Source: Camelus dromedarius (Eukaryota). Taken from it: a stretch of 64,000 nt of DNA. Below are positions 51,421 through 64,000 of this stretch, piece by piece. The DNA is taken from contig NC_087436.1 of the NCBI RefSeq assembly GCF_036321535.1, positions 124,001 to 188,000 on the forward strand. The letters run 5' to 3'. A program made the position numbers and the translations under genes. Each line of letters starts with the position of its first letter. Positions within the stretch are counted from its first letter, which is position 1. The notes under the pieces are model-generated. The model saw only the letters and a list, made by a program, of their open reading frames with translations, was not told where the DNA came from and made no database searches.

Positions 51421-54400
51421 TGTGGAGAGACATTCGTTTGTCTATAATAAAGGGAATGGTTTGCAGTAGAAACACCTACACTGGATTCTCAGTAAGCTTC
51501 CTAGTGCTGGTTTGAATTTCATGCAGTTTTCATTGTAAATCCCATTTGGAACTAGTACCTTCGCATTTACACAAATGTAGTGAATTTACCCACTCATAAG
51601 AAACTGTGTGTTCCCAACAAGCTAGCTGATTGAAGACTTTCACACAACTTAACTCTCAGAATTGTGCAAGTGGAGAGACGTTCATTCATCTAGCATGAAG
51701 GGAATGGGTTGCAGTAGAAACCCTTGCTCTGGTTTCTCAGTATGTTTTCCTAGTGCCGGTTGGAGATTCATGCAGTTCTCACTGAAAAACCGAGTTGGAG
51801 CTTGTACCTCCCAAAATATATTTATTTAGCTTAGTTTTCCACACAAAAGAAACTGTGTGTTCCCAACAAGCTACGTGATTGACGGCATTCATACTCATTT
51901 AAGTGTCAGAATTGAAAATGTGAAGAGACGTTCGATAATCTAGCATAAAGGGAATGGGTGTGTAGAAACACGTACTCGGGTTTCTCAGTATGTTTTCTAC
52001 TGCCAGTTTGAAGTTCATGCAGTTTTCACGGTAAAACCGAGTTTGAGCTACTACATCCATATACATATATAAGTAGTGTAGTCCCAAAATAAAAGAAACT
52101 GTGTGTTTCCAACACGCAAGGAGATTGATGACTTCACAATTAAATCTCATAAATGAGAATGTGGAGAGACGTTCGTTCATCTAGCTTAAATGGAATGGTT
52201 TCTACTAGAAAGATTTCTACTGGGTTTTCAGTATGTTTTCCTCGTGCCAGATTGAAGTTCATGAAGTTTTCACTGTAACACCGAATTGGAGATAGTACCT
52301 CCCATTATATATGTAAGCAGTGAATTTCCCTGCTCTAACGAAACTGTGTGATCTCAACAAGCTAGGTGATTGAAGGTTTCCCACACACTTAACTCTCAGA
52401 ATTGAGCAAGTGGAGAGACATTCGTTCATCTACACAAAGGTAAAGGGTTGAAATAGAAACACTTACCCTGGACTCACATTATGTTTCCTAGTGCCGCTTG
52501 GAAATTAATGCAGTTTCCCTGTAAAACAGAGTTGGAGCTATACCTCCCCACATGTATGCATGTAGTGTAGATACCCAATGAAAACAAAATGTGTTCCAAA
52601 CAAGTAAGGTTTTTGATGGCTTGCAAAATCATTTATGTCTCAGAATAGAGCATGTGGTGAGACGATGTTTCATCTAGCAATAATGGAATGGATTGTAGCA
52701 GAAAAAATTACACTGGTTTCTCAGAATTTTTCCCTAATGCCCTTTAGAAATTCATGAAGTTTACTCTGTAAAGCCGAGTTGGAGATAGTAATTCCACATA
52801 TATATTTATGCAGTGCATTTACCCACTGAAAAGAAAATGTGTTCCAAAAGAGCTAGAAGATAGAAGACTTCCCACACATTTAACACTCAGTATTAAACAT
52901 ATAGACAGACGTTCGTTCATTTAGCTTAAAGGGAGTGGTTTCTAGAAGAAAGAAATATTCTGGTTTCTCAGTCTGTCTCCTAGTGCCTGTTTGAAGTTCA
53001 TGCGGTTTTCACTGTCAAACCGAGTTGGAGCTAGTAACTCCCCATATATATGTATGGAGAATAGATTGCAACTGTAAAGAATTTTGTGTTTCCAACAAGC
53101 TAGGGGAAGGACGGCTTTCACACACCATTATCTGAGAAATGAGCATGTGGAGAGAAGTTCTTTCATCTAGAACAAAGGGGACGGATTGCAGGACAAACAA
53201 CTACTCTGGTTTCTCAGACTGTTTTGTAGTGCCGGAATGAAATTCCTGCAGATTTCACTGCAAATCTGAGTTTGAGCTATTAACTCCCCATATATATGTA
53301 TGTAGTGTAGTTTCCAACTAAAAAGAACCTTTGTGTTACCGACAAGCTAGGTGAAGGGCGGCTTTCCCATACACTTATCTCTCAGAAATGAGCATTTGGA
53401 GAGACGTTCGTTCATCTAGCACAAAGGGAAGTGGATGCAGGAGGAACACTTACTCTGCTTTCTCAGTCTGTTTCCTAGTTCCGGTTTGATGTTCCTGCAG
53501 TTTTCACTGTAAATCCGAGTTTGAGCTATTACATACCCATATATATGTATGTAGTGTATTCTCCAACTGAAAGGAATATTTGTCTTCCCAACAAGCTAGG
53601 TGAAGGATGGATTACACACACAAATATCTCTCAGAAATGAGCATGTCGAGAGACTTTATTTCATATAGTACAAACAGGACAGGTGCACAAGAAACACCCA
53701 CTGTGTATTGTCAGTCAGTTTCCTAGTGCCGGTTTGAGGTTCCTGCAATATTCACTGTAAAACCGAGTTGGAGCTAGTGCCTCAACATATATATGTATAT
53801 AGTGTAGTTTCCGAATGAAAGGAAACTTTAAGTTCCCAACAAGTTATGTGAAGGACGGCTTCCACACAAATTATCTCTCACTACTGAGCATGTGGAGAGA
53901 TGTTCTTTCACCGAGAACAAAGGGAAAGGTTTGCAGGTGAAACACTTTCTCTGGTTTCTCAGTTTCCTAGTGCCTGTTTCAAGTTCCTGCAGTTTTCACT
54001 GAAAACAGAGTTGAAGCTAGTACCTCCACAAATACAAATATACGTAGTGTAATTTCTAACTGTAAAGAACCTTTGTCTTCCCAACAACTTAGGTAAAGTG
54101 CGCATTTCACACATACTTATCTCAAAGAACTGAGCATTTTGAGAGACTTTCGTTCATCTAGCACGAAGTGAACGTGTTATAGGAGAAACACTTTGCTTTC
54201 TAAGTTTTTTCATTCTGTCAGTTTGAAATTCCTGCAGTTTTCACTGTAAAACCGAGTTGGAACTACTACCTCCCCATATATGTGTTAGTAGTGTAGTTTT
54301 CAAATGAAAAGAAACATTGTGTTGCCAACAAGTTATGTGAAGGGCGGCTTTCACATGCACTTATCTCTACGAAAAGACCATGTGGAGAGACGTTCGTTCA

Positions 54401-56640
54401 TCTAGCACAAAGGGAACCATTTACAGAAGAAATAATTACTCTGGTATCTCAGTCTGTTTCATATTGCTGGTTTAAAATCCCTGCAGTTTTCACTTTAAAA
54501 CTGAGTTGGGGTAGTACTTCCTCATATATATGTGTATAGTGTATTTAGCAACTGAAAAGAAACTTTGTGTTCCCAACAAGATAGATGAAGTACGGCTTTC
54601 ACACACAGTTATCTTTCAGAACTGAGCATGTGGAGAGACTTTCGCTCATGTAGTAGAAAGGAACTGTTTTCAGGATAAACACTTACTCTGTTTTCTCAGT
54701 CTGTTTCCTACTGCCGGTTTGATGTTCCTGCAGTTTTCACTGTAAACCCGTGTTGGAGCTAATACAACATATTTATGTATATAATGTAGTTTCTTACTGA
54801 AATAAACTTTATGTTCCCAACAAGATAGTTGAAGGACGGCTTTCACCCACAATTATCTCTCAGAACTGAGTATGTTGAGAGACTTTCTTTCATGTAGCAC
54901 AATGCGAACGGTTTGCAGGAGAAGGAAATACTCTGGTTTCTCAGGCTGTTTCCTAGTGCCGGTTTGAATTTCCTGCAGTTTTCACTGTAAAACAGAGATC
55001 TAGCTAGTACCTCCCCATATATATGTATGGATTGGAATTTGCAACTGAAAAGAATCTGTGTGTTCCCACCAAGCTAGGTGAAGTTCGGCTTTCACACACA
55101 CTTAACTCTTACAAGTGAGCATGTGTAGAAACGTTCGTTCATCTAGCACAGAGGGAACGGTTTGATTGAGAAACACTTACTCTGGTTACTCAGTCTGTTT
55201 CCTATTTCCGGTTTAAACTTTAAATTTTTCACTGTAATACCGTGTTGGAGGTAGAAACACCCCATATATAGGTATGGAGTGTAATTTCCAACTGAAATGG
55301 AGCTGTATGTTCCCTATAGTCTAGGTGAAGGACGGCTTTCACACAAATTTACCTTTCGAAACTGAGCTTGTGGAGTGACGTTCGATAATTTAGCTGAAAT
55401 GGAAGTGGTTGCCATAGAAACACTTACTCTGCTTTCTCAGTATGTTTCCTAGTGCTGGTTTGAAATTAATGCAGTTTTCACCTTAAAACCCTGTTGGATC
55501 TTGTACCTCCGCACATATATATATTTTGTTTTTTCCAACTGAAAAGAAACTTTTTTTCCATCCAACTTTGTGAATGTCGTCTTTCACACATACTTATCTC
55601 TTAGAACTGATCATGTGGCGAGACGTTCGTTCACCTAGCTCAAAGGAAATGGGTTGCTGTAAAATCCCTTACTGTGGTTTCTCAGTATTTTTCCTAGTGC
55701 CGTTTTGAAGTTCATGCAGTTTTCAGTGTAAAACCGAGTTGGAGCTTGCACCTCCCCACATATATCTCTGTCGTGTAGCTTCCAAATTAAAGAAAAATTA
55801 TGTTCCCAAGAAGCTAGATGATGGACGGCGACACACACAATTATACCTGAGAACTGAGCATTTGTAGAGATGTTCTTTCATGTAGCACAAACGGAATTGG
55901 ATGCTGTAGGATCACTTACTCTGTTTTCTCATTCTGTTTCCAAATTCCGTTTTTTAATTCATGCAATTTTCACTGTAAACCCGAGTTCGAGGTAGTAACG
56001 ATAAATATATGTTTATGTAGTGTAGAATCCAACTGAAAAGAAATTTGTGTTCCTAACGAGCTAAGTGAATATCGGCTTTCACACACACTTATATCTCAGA
56101 CCATAGCATGTGGAGAGACATTCGTTCATCTAGCTGAAATGAAGTGAGATTCAGTAGAATCACTTACACTGGTTTCAGTATGTTTCCTAGTGCCTGTTGG
56201 AAGTTCATGCAGTTTTTACTGTAAAACAGATTTCCAGCTAGAACTTCCTCATATATATGTATATAGTGTATTTTCCCACTGAAAAGAAGCTGTGTTCCCA
56301 ACAAGCTACGTGATTGACTTTTTTCACACACACTTAAATCTCAGAATTGATCATGTGGAAAGACGTTCGTTCATCTAGCCTAAGGGAGTGGGTTGCAGTT
56401 AAAACACTTACTCTGGATTCTCAGTATGTTTCCTCTGCCGATTTTAAGTTCCTGCAGTTTTCACTGTAATTCCCAGTTGGAACTTGTTCCTCCCCATATG
56501 TATGTATGTATTGTTGTTTCCCACTTAAATGAAACTGTGTTTTCCCAATAAGGTAGGTGACTGACGGCTTTCACACACACTTAACTCTCAGAATTGAGCA
56601 TGTGGGGAGACGTTCGTTCATCTAGCATAAATGGAATTTG
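51421..56640 (-). repeat. Satellite monomeric domain, ~21 diverged monomers
   Basis: 21 periods over 5180 bp (mean ~247 bp); no A/B alternation; own diagnostic block gcagttttcactgtaaaaccgagttggagctagtacc. Confidence 0.93.
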
Positions 56641-57910
56641 AAAGTGATGATCATGACGTGTGCTTGAAAAAAAACAATTAAGGGAGCATTAATTTAGAGC
56701 CTTTATAGTTATGGCCATGAGACATTACAGAATTTCGTTTTCAGCAGTTGATTTCTTTTTTTTTAAACCTCAGAAAACTTAAGTCTTTCCTGTAACTGGA
56801 TATAGATATTGAATATCTTAAAATCTTTAGTGACCGCTTCAAAGTAGACTAGTTACTTTGCTTTTGGTCTTTAACCTAAAGGAATATCCAGAAGTCCAGT
56901 GGCAGTTCGTAAGCAAGGGCATTAACCTTGCCTTTTCATTTTTTATGTGGAATAGGTATAACTGTATACTAGGGTACAGTGTTTATCTCAAGAGCTGCTT
57001 GGATATGTATATGTAAGTTATATTTTGAAAAATTATAATATTATGAAAATCAATTAACCTTGGAGATATATTGCATATATTTTATTCTTTAATAATATAG
57101 ATTTAGATAGCCCCATTTTATGTAACACTTATGAAAATAAGTTGGCTTTATATAACTCCTTTTTCGATAAATCATTTAAAAATTGGGTATTTTTTATCAT
57201 TTGCTTCTTAAAAATAAGATATTAATTGCACAATATGTATTTTCCTTCAAGTTCATACTTTTTCTCTATACTATCTTGAGTTGCTTAGATAATTTTTCCC
57301 ATAGTATTATTTATTTTAAACACTCAGTATGTGCTTCTGTCTGTTGCTTTATTAGAGAGCAAGAATTCTTTATTATTTTTAATAAAATATACTTTCAGGA
57401 AACTCTACTGGGATTCTTTCATTCACAGTGTTGAGCAATGATACCTGTTCTGTTATATCAATTGTCTAAGCCTCTCAACTTCCAAAAGATTACATGGACA
57501 AAGTATAAAACGTCATAAATGATCGACTAAAAAAGTTTATTGTGTTCCTTGATTAAAAGTACAAGTATGGGTCAGTCTTAAATTCGGAAGTAAACGTCTT
57601 ATAAATTACATGAGTCTTCTCCAAAATTCTTTAATTTGGGCTTTAAACCCTCCAGTAAAAAACTGGTTTGAAGAAGAAGGAAGTCGAGAATAGATTCAAT
57701 CCAAATTCTATGGGAATAAACAAAGCTAAATGTTTCAGTCATCTTTTGAAGCAGAATAGATATGTTTTCTGCACCATATGATTTTAATAGTACTCATCTT
57801 AACATACGGTTTTGACACCATGAGACCACAAGCCAACAAACAAGATCTCAGGCAAAGCAAGAAAAACAACTGAGGGGATTTTCTGCTGCAAAATTTCCCC
57901 TAACTAAAAC

Positions 57911-58434
57911 TGTAATTGAGAACAAATCTGACGGCATATTGGATCTGTTCCTTCAGTTTGAAGCCCTGTGACCTGTTTTCCAGGCTTAATCTTGCTGGCT
58001 CTGAACCTTTTGTAAAACAACGTTTCCTTTAGCATAAAACCTACAGGAAAGCCTATTCTCGGGGCTCTGACCTTTAAGGATGTTAGCACTTCTGCACTTA
58101 CGCAGAGATGGTAAGTTGCAAAATAGAGAATAACCTTTGTTTTGTTGCAGGCTTACAGGGACACAATAGCCTGAGCCACATGGATGGCTGCAAGAACAAA
58201 GAATGCCGGCAGCAAGAAGTTTGCACAACCAACCACACCCCTTCCCCTTTTTAGTTCAAAAGGAGCCTTAATTCTGACTTGGGAAAGATGATTCTCCAGG
58301 ATATTAGTCCCCCATCTTCTTGGTCTGCCAGTTTTCTGAATAAAGTTACTATTCCTTGCCCCAAAACCTTGTCTCCTGATTTATTTATTTATCACTGTTT
58401 TGCAGTGAGCAGAACAAGTTTGGCCTCGGTAACA
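57911..58434 (+). mobile_element. Solo LTR (ERV1-like), same family as 5326-5861
   Basis: tgtaat...gtaaca termini, aataaa at ~58338, near-TSD aaac/gaac. Confidence 0.87.
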
Positions 58435-61122
58435 GAACCAGCTTTGTTATTCCCTCTGATGTGAAATTTCTCTGGGTGTACAAGTGCTTGCCTGGTGGTG
58501 GTGGTTGTAGTGGTGGTGGTATGCAAAAACATTTCACTTCTCCTGATTTCAATAGGCTAAAATTTCCTGCTATTTAAGTCAACTCTAGACTTTTACAGAA
58601 TCACCTGCTGATGTGCTTCTGGAAGCTACAATAATTCCAAAAATGAAAATAATTCGATTGTCTCCAGAAAAGATAATTTTCCTCAAAATTGAGCAGCTCT
58701 GAAACACACTTCAGGAGTACAGATAGATGCAGTGTTCTTCATTTCCCATGCTGTTCTGACACAATTTTCCACTTATATCAAAGTAAATTAAAATTGGTCT
58801 TCAATTTCAGATGCTCTGCCATGATACAACAATGTCATTTCCACTTATTTATTGAGCCAGAGCAGCTTTAGAATAAATGACTTTATACCAAACTCCTGCT
58901 TGATATCCTGTCTTCTCCCTGGTGGCTAATTCATTCTTCTTACTTCCTAAAAGTTCTTCTGTTATGGGAAGTTAGCCTTTACTGTGCACATTCAATTGGG
59001 AAGGCACAAATTAAATATGTGAGGGGATGACATACATATTTAATTCTTACTTATACATATATACAAACACATAGGACCTGTGTCTTGGAAGATGTCAATT
59101 CCTAATGTGGGCAAAAGGATGGTCTATAGTTCAATCAATGATCTAAAAGCAGTTTTCTAGGATATAATAAAGCAATGCTTGAGTTATAAGACAGAACAAC
59201 TCCTGGATATGAATCAGTGGCACCATTCAGTGGGTGCACATGTGTGCACTCACACGCCCATGCACACGGAGCAGCCTTGGAGACACTCCATCTGTGCTGA
59301 TGGAGCCAAATCATGCTGGGGAGATGAGGAAAAATTGCCTAATACAATCAAACCAGGACATCTGAGTAATGGGTAATAGGAGTCAATTGAATATTCTGGT
59401 TAGCTGAAGGTCAAAAAAAAACACTTTTAGTTTCAAACGTCATTGTTAAAAACTTTCTTAAAGCACAGGAGCCTGTTTTCCTGCCTTGCTTAGTGTCACA
59501 TGGCATATTAAACATGACAGATTCGTAGTTCTCTGACTGTGGAACGGGAAAGGCCTTGCTGTCATATTTCTGAACATTAGTCTATGTTTTGCAGCACAGT
59601 GGATACTGAAAATGGGGCAATTTGAGTGAATGGGAATGGACATAACCTAGCAGCCATTGACTGTGATTTGCCAACTTTCTCCAAAAAGTAGGGGTAGCAA
59701 GCAAATCAGATAAATTGAGGGATCATGGGGTGGGGAGTCGGGTGGGCTGACAGCTGGGTGGTCCCAGGTAGCTTGTTTTACTGTGTAAAATTGTGACTAT
59801 GATCCAGACAGTAAAACATTGTCAAATTCCTGTGCCTGTAGCTTTGATACCTGGCCGAGTCTGTGAGCCAATTTTATCGATGGTGCATAATGAAGATAAC
59901 TAACATTTCCTGAGGACCAGGTTATGTGACTTCCATGCATTGACTCACTGAATTCCCTAAGCACCCTTTGTGGTACATAACAGTCTTAAAATATGCAGCA
60001 GGGAATTATTATGTTTGCAGATGATAAAATGAAACTCTGAACTGTTGAAGCCTGGCCCGAAATAATGCAGATGGGAAGACGCCGTGCTGGGAGCTCAGCT
60101 CGGGCCAGGCTACAGAACCAAGTCCCCTCACCCAGGAGCCTGGCCCACAGCCACTGCCAGGCCCTGTTCTATTTCTATGAGTGCTCATGTGAAAATGCCA
60201 GGTACTCAGGGTCAATGCGACTTGATTAAGAAATTCAAACTGGGATAGCCTTTTGTTGGGGACTGTAACTTGGGAGTGAAACTGGCAGTGAAGTAAGGGA
60301 GGAAACAGCCCTGGTTGTAAGAATATTTCTAGGGAAGAAGGTTCCCTGATGGGCTGGCATGGGAATCGCTGTGGTTGTGAGCCCCCTGTTGCCCTGTGGG
60401 GTTGTGGGCAGGGAAGGAGAGAGGCTGTTCAGACTAGTTATAGTCAATAGAGATTGTAAACAGCTGAGTTCTGTTCCCTCACAGCTCAGACACATGCAGA
60501 ACATGAGGATGCTTAGCTAATGACCAACAGTGGGTAGCAAAGGCCAAGAGTGGGGTGGGGAGGAGAGATGGGGCCACCTTATGGAAGAAACTCTGCCCCA
60601 GGGGACAGGAAGGTAATGAACGATTGGGGAGGCACAAAGGGTTTCTATGGCCTCATCAGGTAGTTCCTACTTTAAACTGATAGTCTGGAATATATGGTCA
60701 AATGCGGTGGAATGACTGCTCTTATTTTAGGTTCTACAAACAATTAAACGGATAGATTTCTATCTCCATTATACAAGCACTGCTGGGTGACTTTTAGAGT
60801 CATGTGAGGATCAAAAGAGTCAGTACTTATTAATGCTATTACCATGCTTCTACTGAATTAACACTTCAGCAAGAGTATAACGGCCACGCTCCTTAACAAC
60901 TGCCTCTGTAAGGGTCTTGTAAGTCACAAATAATAATTATAAAGAAAATATATTAAAAATAATAACAATTACAGTTACAACAACTATGTTGTTTATAACG
61001 ATGATAGTGCTAGCATCTCCCTCTCATATTAAACAGTACCCAACACTGGATTCGGTAGGAAGCAACGCCAATACATTTTTCGACTTTTCTAAGTCTTCAC
61101 CCAATGAAGCCTTTTTATTCAC

Positions 61123-61329
61123 ATTGGTCCACCACAGCCAGAATTGCTGTTCCTTGCATGGTTGGCTGCCATGCTGAGATGTTCTGGGCTTTTTCTGGCA
61201 CCATATGTCTATACTGGGTAGTCAAGGTTCCACGTACCCACTCTGATTTCCAATATATTGTTCTCCAGAGCCAACAGAGGGGCCACTGGAAAGAGGCCAC
61301 ATATACTGTGGTGAACCCAAACTGAATAC
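61123..61329 (-). pseudogene. ANO6: ANO6 pseudo-exon (anoctamin transmembrane region), frameshifted
   Basis: Acceptor ttccttcaacag, donor gtgaat. Reads [65 protein letters not shown]/TN versus recalled ANO6 [66 protein letters not shown]. Three frameshifts. Confidence 0.92.
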
Positions 61330-62699
61330 CTGTTGAAGGAATGGACACACAACATGGAGTGGTGGAAGGATGGAAGGACAACATAACTTCTTTTACTCCT
61401 GTAAAGAGAGAGGGGGAAATGGTGAACTAAATCCCAAAGAGAAAAGACATTCATGGTAATAATAATGTTCAACAGTGAAAGAATCCAAACAAAAGGCAAA
61501 TATAAAATCTCTGGGAAGAAGACTCATTACAACCTGTTTCTTTCACATATAAACCCTTAGTAGGAATAACATACTTAAAAATCTTCAACCAACCAGAGTT
61601 ATTTGCTCATAATAAACTTGGGAATCTTGAAGCATATTATTCACTCTCAGTGTTGAAATAATACAATCTTGGAAGATGATTTGTATTTGAGGATTAAAAA
61701 AAGAATATTGTGGATGTATCTAACAATTTAAATAGAAATAAGAAATGTACCTTTGGGAAAGGTATGTATAGAGAACGTTGGAAGAAATACACTGAATATA
61801 GGCAAGTGAGCAAGCTCCCTTGAGTCTGGGAAGGTGAGTGCAGCACATTCAGAGGGTCTATGAATTTATTACAAGTCACAGAAAGGTATGCAATTAAAGT
61901 GTCTTCCTAAGCAAAATATTCTTCTTCAGGAATTTTTATCTTGATATTTCTATGGTCTGTGAGGTCACAGGAAGTCAAAGTTATGGTGGTGGCTTAGAAG
62001 TTCTTTTCTCTCTGTGTGTAATTTACAGGGCAATGCTACAGATGGGGCAGCAGAGATCTGTGGTAAGCTGTTCCATAGGGTGGTGGAGCAGTTAGAAATG
62101 ATAAGGTCAGAGATCTAAAAGACTTTTAGACCCTCCCCTCCTAACTGGCAGACCTTTAAAGCAAACTAGCACAGGTATGTAACTAAGACAGTGGATGAGA
62201 GGCAAATTTATAGTCCCTTTAGTGTTACTGCTCAGTCAAGGGGTAGGGACCACTCTGGCCAGGAACGGCAAGACCGTGGATGTTGTGGATGGGTAGGAGA
62301 AGCTGACATTTGCTTCTGACCTGAGAGGCAGGGTTGTGTTGCAGAAAAGCCGATAGTGCTGGAAAGATGCAGCAGGTCCACAGCCCAAAAGGAGCTGTCA
62401 TATTCAGGGAGGTCAGAGAGCAAGAACCAGAGTTACTGACGCCACAGTGTCAGTAGCGTGGCAGCTGTGATGTCAGTATCTGCGTCCCATAACCCACCTA
62501 ACCCTACATGAGCTCATCTGCCTAAGGGGGCAGGTAAGTAGCAGAAATGTGTCGAGTGGGTGCAGCCACTGGCAAATTGGCAAGTGGGCATCCTAAGGAA
62601 ACGCAATGCTCACCGTCACCATATTGGAAATAGGGCCTCACAGTGTCAGATCTCCTTCTTATTCAAGAGAAACCAGAAATTAAGAGTTTATTAGCAATC

Positions 62700-63390
62700 A
62701 ACCCAGATCAAAACCCAGAAAAGATATCATTTTATAATGACAAAGAAGGCACAGACTATTCAGAAATAAATTAATGAAAATATTAAGAAGATTCTGATAA
62801 ATGATTTAAAAAAAGAAAAAAAAATGAACAGTAGAATGCACCACCCTCTTCAGTGGGCAGACTCAAATTTGGGGGACATAGAACATTTTTTCTCCAAAAT
62901 AAATTTAGTATCTGAATGCAAATTTAGTTAATAATCCCAAATGGATTTAAGAAAAACATCTGAAAGGTGATCCTAAATGTATTCCAGAAATATACCCATA
63001 TATACAAATAAAATAATGAGGAGGGATGTTTGAATTTGTAGTATTAGAGACATTCTGGAAAAGGATAAAACAGGACCAACTCTAGGAGGTATTAATCTAT
63101 GTTCATGGAAACATTATAGAAATAGTGCACTGAGAGTATGAATGAAATAGATTACATTTCAAGAATAGACGTGGATATTTGTGAGATTTTAGTAATATTA
63201 TAAAACTGACACTTCAAATCAGTGGATTCAAGTACTGCAGTAATTAGCTAAATCATTGGAAGACCTGGTACAGTGTCCTCATTTATGACATTAAAATAAA
63301 TTCCAGATAATTTTTTAATTAAAAAATAAAACACCAGAAATAACCCAACATGATTTAATCTGTTCAGATTTTCAAGCGAGAAGAACTTTC
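62700..63390 (+). mobile_element. Ancient L1 (L1M-type) ORF2 remnant
   Basis: A-rich degenerate L1-like tracts (gatcctaaatgtattccagaaa; ttcaaatcagtgg; aaaataaattccagataa). Approximate. Confidence 0.5.
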
Positions 63391-64000
63391 TAAAAAGCTT
63401 TTGGAACAAAGACCAAAAAGAGCAAAGACCCAGCAACTCAGCAAGGCCAGAAACGCCCACTGTAAAACAAAACTAACCCTCGCCCAACCCTCTCTCACGG
63501 TCCTGTGTTGCTCTCTGATACTTTCTACATTTTCTTCTTCCCTTTAAAGTCCAGTTTCTTGGAGAAGTACCTGCGCTGAAGACTTCTCCAGGGCTCAGAG
63601 CCCTGCATCCCCCACGGCCCTCATCGCAGCACTGAGACAGGAGTTGCACTGCCGGTGGCTGCGTGTTTCAAACTAGTCGGCACTTCCAGCTCCTATTTAT
63701 TTGATTACCAGTTAGCTTTTGCAGTGGACAAATATTTTCCTCTCAGTGGAATATTTTCCCCCCTTAATTTTTGTTTTACTTAAATAAATTTAAAAAGCCC
63801 AGACAGAAAATTGTGTGTGCACATATGCACACACACAGATACACACAGATCTGTTTTTTAAAGTCTACCTAAGTATAGTCCTCCTCTGCCTTTTCCCCAG
63901 TCTTGGCAATTAAAGCTGGGTTTTAGCTCTTGCTTTTTTGCCCCACACACACACCCTTTCTCACTATGCTCCTTTTAGTCAGTGTTCAAATCCCTCTGAA

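Larger units (their letters stand above)
47345..56640. repeat. Satellite DNA array, ~248-bp monomer, ~37 units, internally inverted
   Basis: The motif gcatgtggagagacgttc recurs at 48952, 49196, 49444, 49693, 49937 ... 56355, 56602 with 241-250 bp spacing. Its reverse complement recurs at ~47561, 47802, 48052, 48295 and 48545. Confidence 0.97.
56640..61329 (-). pseudogene. ANO6: Unprocessed ANO6 (TMEM16F) pseudogene fragment
   Basis: Exon 61123-61329 plus the first 18 nt of the next exon at 56640-56657, in the correct order and strand, separated by an intron-sized interval. Confidence 0.85.

Noticed and set aside
47347..55838. Family of similar short ORFs suggesting a tandem gene array
   Set aside because: They are translations of satellite monomers; frames and stops are not conserved between units.
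47345..56640. CRISPR-like array
   Set aside because: Mammalian DNA; whole ~248-bp units repeat, with no unique spacers and no cas genes.
51421..56640. CENP-B box in gttcgttcatctagc
   Set aside because: Only TTCG matches; the required A and CGGG positions are absent.
61115..61499. ORFs 61115..61384 and 61209..61499 as genes
   Set aside because: They are alternate-frame pieces of one frameshifted ANO6 pseudo-exon.

Overview
Mammalian genomic DNA, most likely camelid (two Vic-1-type tRNA-derived SINEs). No intact protein-coding gene is evident. The window reads as a segmental-duplication mosaic of the kind found near centromeres or telomeres. (1) About 1-34.4 kb: an unprocessed TRAPPC9 (NIBP) pseudogene fragment on + with three consecutive exons, its introns filled with an ERV1-class provirus, solo LTRs, L1, SINE and DNA-transposon relics. 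(2) About 35-47.3 kb: an unrelated block with a string of minus-strand micro-exon candidates that I cannot assign to a gene. (3) About 47.35-56.64 kb: a ~248-bp satellite array with an internal inversion, a dimeric (A/B) domain and a monomeric domain. (4) About 56.64-64 kb: an unprocessed ANO6 (TMEM16F) pseudogene fragment on -, one exon of which is cut by the satellite. Gene identities rest on my recall of the human proteins, not on a database search. Most ORFs in the supplied track are spurious. I see no clear evidence for a new biological system; the best leads are the micro-exon chain and the satellite architecture.
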